The notes under the pieces are model-generated. The model ran no database searches. It worked only from the letters and a program-made list of their open reading frames with translations, and was not told the DNA's origin. The translations under genes were made by a program, and so were the position numbers. From Oikopleura dioica (Eukaryota > Animalia > Chordata), in the NCBI GenBank assembly GCA_907165135.1, contig OU015569.1, positions 4,154,001-4,218,000 on the forward strand: DNA of 64,000 nucleotides, read 5' to 3'. Each line of letters opens with the position of its first letter. Positions within the stretch are counted from its first letter, which is position 1. Shown in pieces: positions 61,711 to 64,000 of this stretch.

Positions 61711-63949
61711 AATGAGCTCGCCTCGACAGCAACGAAGAGAGAGCAACGGTAGACGACACTCGATAGACTCTGCTACGTCTTTCAAGGTTAGACTCCCGAA
61801 GTAACCTTGACTCGAGAATAACGAGCACAATGGTTGACTGTTTTTAGAGAAGATCGGTCGTCGACTTTGCTGCAGATGCAGGGGATACACTTCGTAGAAA
61901 AATTCTAAAAGGGTAAGTATTAAGATTTTTGTCTTCATAACTTTATTTATTAAGTATATGAACATTTTTAAAATCAAGACATAATGATGCTTAACTCGTA
62001 GCAGAAGACAGTCTTATTATTATCTAAATTAATACATAAAAGTTTTTTTTAAATAGCACCAAAAATATACAAAAATTAACTTACGTACAAAACGCTTCTT
62101 GTCATATGATTCATGTGTCAAAAGCAATGCAGAAAAGTTGAGTTGGTTCTGTCAGCATAGCACAGTAAAGTTTATGAAGCAATGAAAGGAAACTGTGGCC
62201 TAGAGCAAAAAGATAAGATTTATGGCAAAAAGTGCACTTTTGTGGCGATCAGTAGCGATGAGCCTAGTCGGAGTAAGTGCGATTTGCGTAGACAATCGTA
62301 AACAGCTCAGCGCGATTTAAGTATTTGGGGAAGTTGTAGTACCAAGACAACCAGTGGGGATCGGAGTAGAACTCGAATTAACTCAGCTCACACTCATAGG
62401 CATGCGCTTTTCAACACTTTCTTTAGCAAGAATCTACGGCAAGGAAAGAACAACGCTCTTGAAGCTGTTGACGAAGACATGGCTTCCCAATTCGAGACAG
62501 GTGAGAGTTTAGACAACCTGACTGTAATGTAACTAAATCATAGACAGCATGTACGACGACGATGACTTCGACAATATTCCGGGCAGAGTGATCGAGCACA
62601 AATGGAGACCGTGTAGATTCAAAAATGCTACTTTCTGTATGGTCTGCGGAAAGCTTACTTCATCTCTTGGAGAGTGTCCAGAAGAAATACCAGCAGACAG
62701 GAATGGATTTGAATTTGAAAAAATATAATTCCCGCGAGAATAATTCTTATCCTACTTGAGCTTCATTTTAAAAAAAGGACCTGGAGTGAGCAGAACTGGA
62801 CTAAGATGCCAAGTCTGCCTAATGAATATACACAGCGACTGTCTCGAACGATCTAAAGAAAGTTCAATCGGTAAATAAACATTGCTCTTGAAATTCTTTT
62901 TCTATCAATTATTTAGCACACACATGTACCGGAAGACCAGATCCTCGCTCAGGACAATCACATTTTATTCGAGAAGGGGTAAATTTTATAATGTCGAACT
63001 TACCGTAAATCTTTTCTTGCAGATTGGAAACTTTAACTTTTCTCGACATCTTTCAATATGCGAACCGAAATCAGCCCACAGGGACTCAATAGTATCTCAA
63101 ATGGACAATATGGGTAAGTAATGATAAACGAACTAATTTCTGTAAACAAATCTAAGCGCTGGAAAACATAGACGACTCCTACAAAGTTCTGAAACAAGGG
63201 AAAGCACTTAGACTTGTTAATACTGGAGAAGATATCCGCGCTGGAAAGAGTGCCAAGAATTCTATTGCCGATCCAGTGTTTTGGAAAAGCCTTTTTTCGA
63301 GCAAGAGAGGCTCCATCGCTCCAGACCCACTTGACGCCATCAGAAGACCTAAGAAGGGTCTTTTTGGCGGCTTGATGGGGGTGAGATCAACCAAATTTGA
63401 TTTTTGTAAATATTTCCTAGTCACGAAACTACAAAGTTCCAAAAAATCACGACAAAGAGCCTTACTGTGCTCTCTACGACTTCAAGGTAATAAACGACCA
63501 TAAGAACGTTTGACAAGAAGAGTTTTAGCCCCGCGACAAAATGGATATTTCTCTTCGACCTGGGGATAAAATTTATGTCTGTGATTCGAAGGACGACAAC
63601 TGGTGGTTCGTAAGTTCAAAATTATATTTATCTTCCAACACTGATGACTTTCTCTAGGGTAAAAAAGAGCCTTCTGGTGCAGTTGGATTCTTTCCAGCTA
63701 AGTTTGTCATGAAAGTAGAAGAAACCGAAAAGCCCTTTATCGTAACTAAACATTGCTACGGAAACTCGAAGCGAAAGGAGCTAAAGGCAAAGGAGAATAC
63801 AGTAAGCAAGCGGAATCTTTCTGGAACTAACGGTATTTCAGATTGTCGTTGTGAATTTCGCCTCACCTATCAACCGCGAAGACTCGCTTTTCGTACGGTC
63901 ACTTGATGGCGAAGGTTTCGTCCCCAAAAATTCTATCCGTTCTCTCTGA
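61711..63949 (+). CDS. STAC: SH3 and cysteine-rich domain protein (C1 plus tandem SH3); start tentative
   Basis: C1 domain (HKW...CMVC...CQVCLMNIHSDC), DDSYKVLKQGKAL linker motif, SH3 (YCALYDFK|PRDKMDISLRPGD...NWWF|G...GFFPAKFV) and a second SH3-like domain ending EGFVPKNSI. Confidence 0.85.
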
Positions 63950-64000
63950 CGCTTCCACCTTCATTTCATACCCGTACATTTTGTCTTCTTTCTGCCTGTA

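Noticed and set aside
62670-62777. GA-AG intron (G|GAGAGT...AAAG) in the STAC C1 domain
   Set aside because: A canonical GT-AG alternative (62674-62760) also keeps the frame, and the two cannot be distinguished without cDNA.
1-64000. CRISPR arrays, tRNA, rRNA, snRNA or SL-RNA genes, prokaryotic operons
   Set aside because: No regularly spaced repeats or recognisable structural-RNA signatures were seen by eye, and the gene structure is spliceosomal and eukaryotic.

Overview
Compact animal genomic DNA, most likely a larvacean tunicate such as Oikopleura. This is inferred from metazoan genes split by many 40-47 nt introns, GC-AG introns, and unpaired splice acceptors just before start codons. 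From about 7.5 to 58.5 kb nearly every recognisable host gene is on the minus strand: CKAP5/XMAP215, PSMG2, GGCX, CHTOP, MAF1, MRTO4, a claudin-like gene, ZCCHC9, NAA20, RTCB, talin, a ROR-type receptor pseudokinase and a coiled-coil gene. A PP2C phosphatase and a STAC-like gene follow on the plus strand. The main result is a complete, very young 6,485-bp Ty3/Gypsy LTR retrotransposon at 23102-29586. It has identical 256-bp LTRs, an ATAT target-site duplication, a PBS and a PPT, and it sits antisense inside what was a 43-nt intron of MAF1, the RNA polymerase III repressor. MAF1 does not appear as a single ORF in the track and only emerges when exons on both sides of the element are spliced. 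Single-base shortfalls in homopolymer runs break both the element's RT and talin, so assembly error must be excluded before either is called defective. The first 7 kb holds unassigned spliced genes and a cluster of DNA hairpins. Gene identities come from my recall of family motifs and exon boundaries were called by eye; no database search was run. No tRNA, rRNA or CRISPR array was seen.
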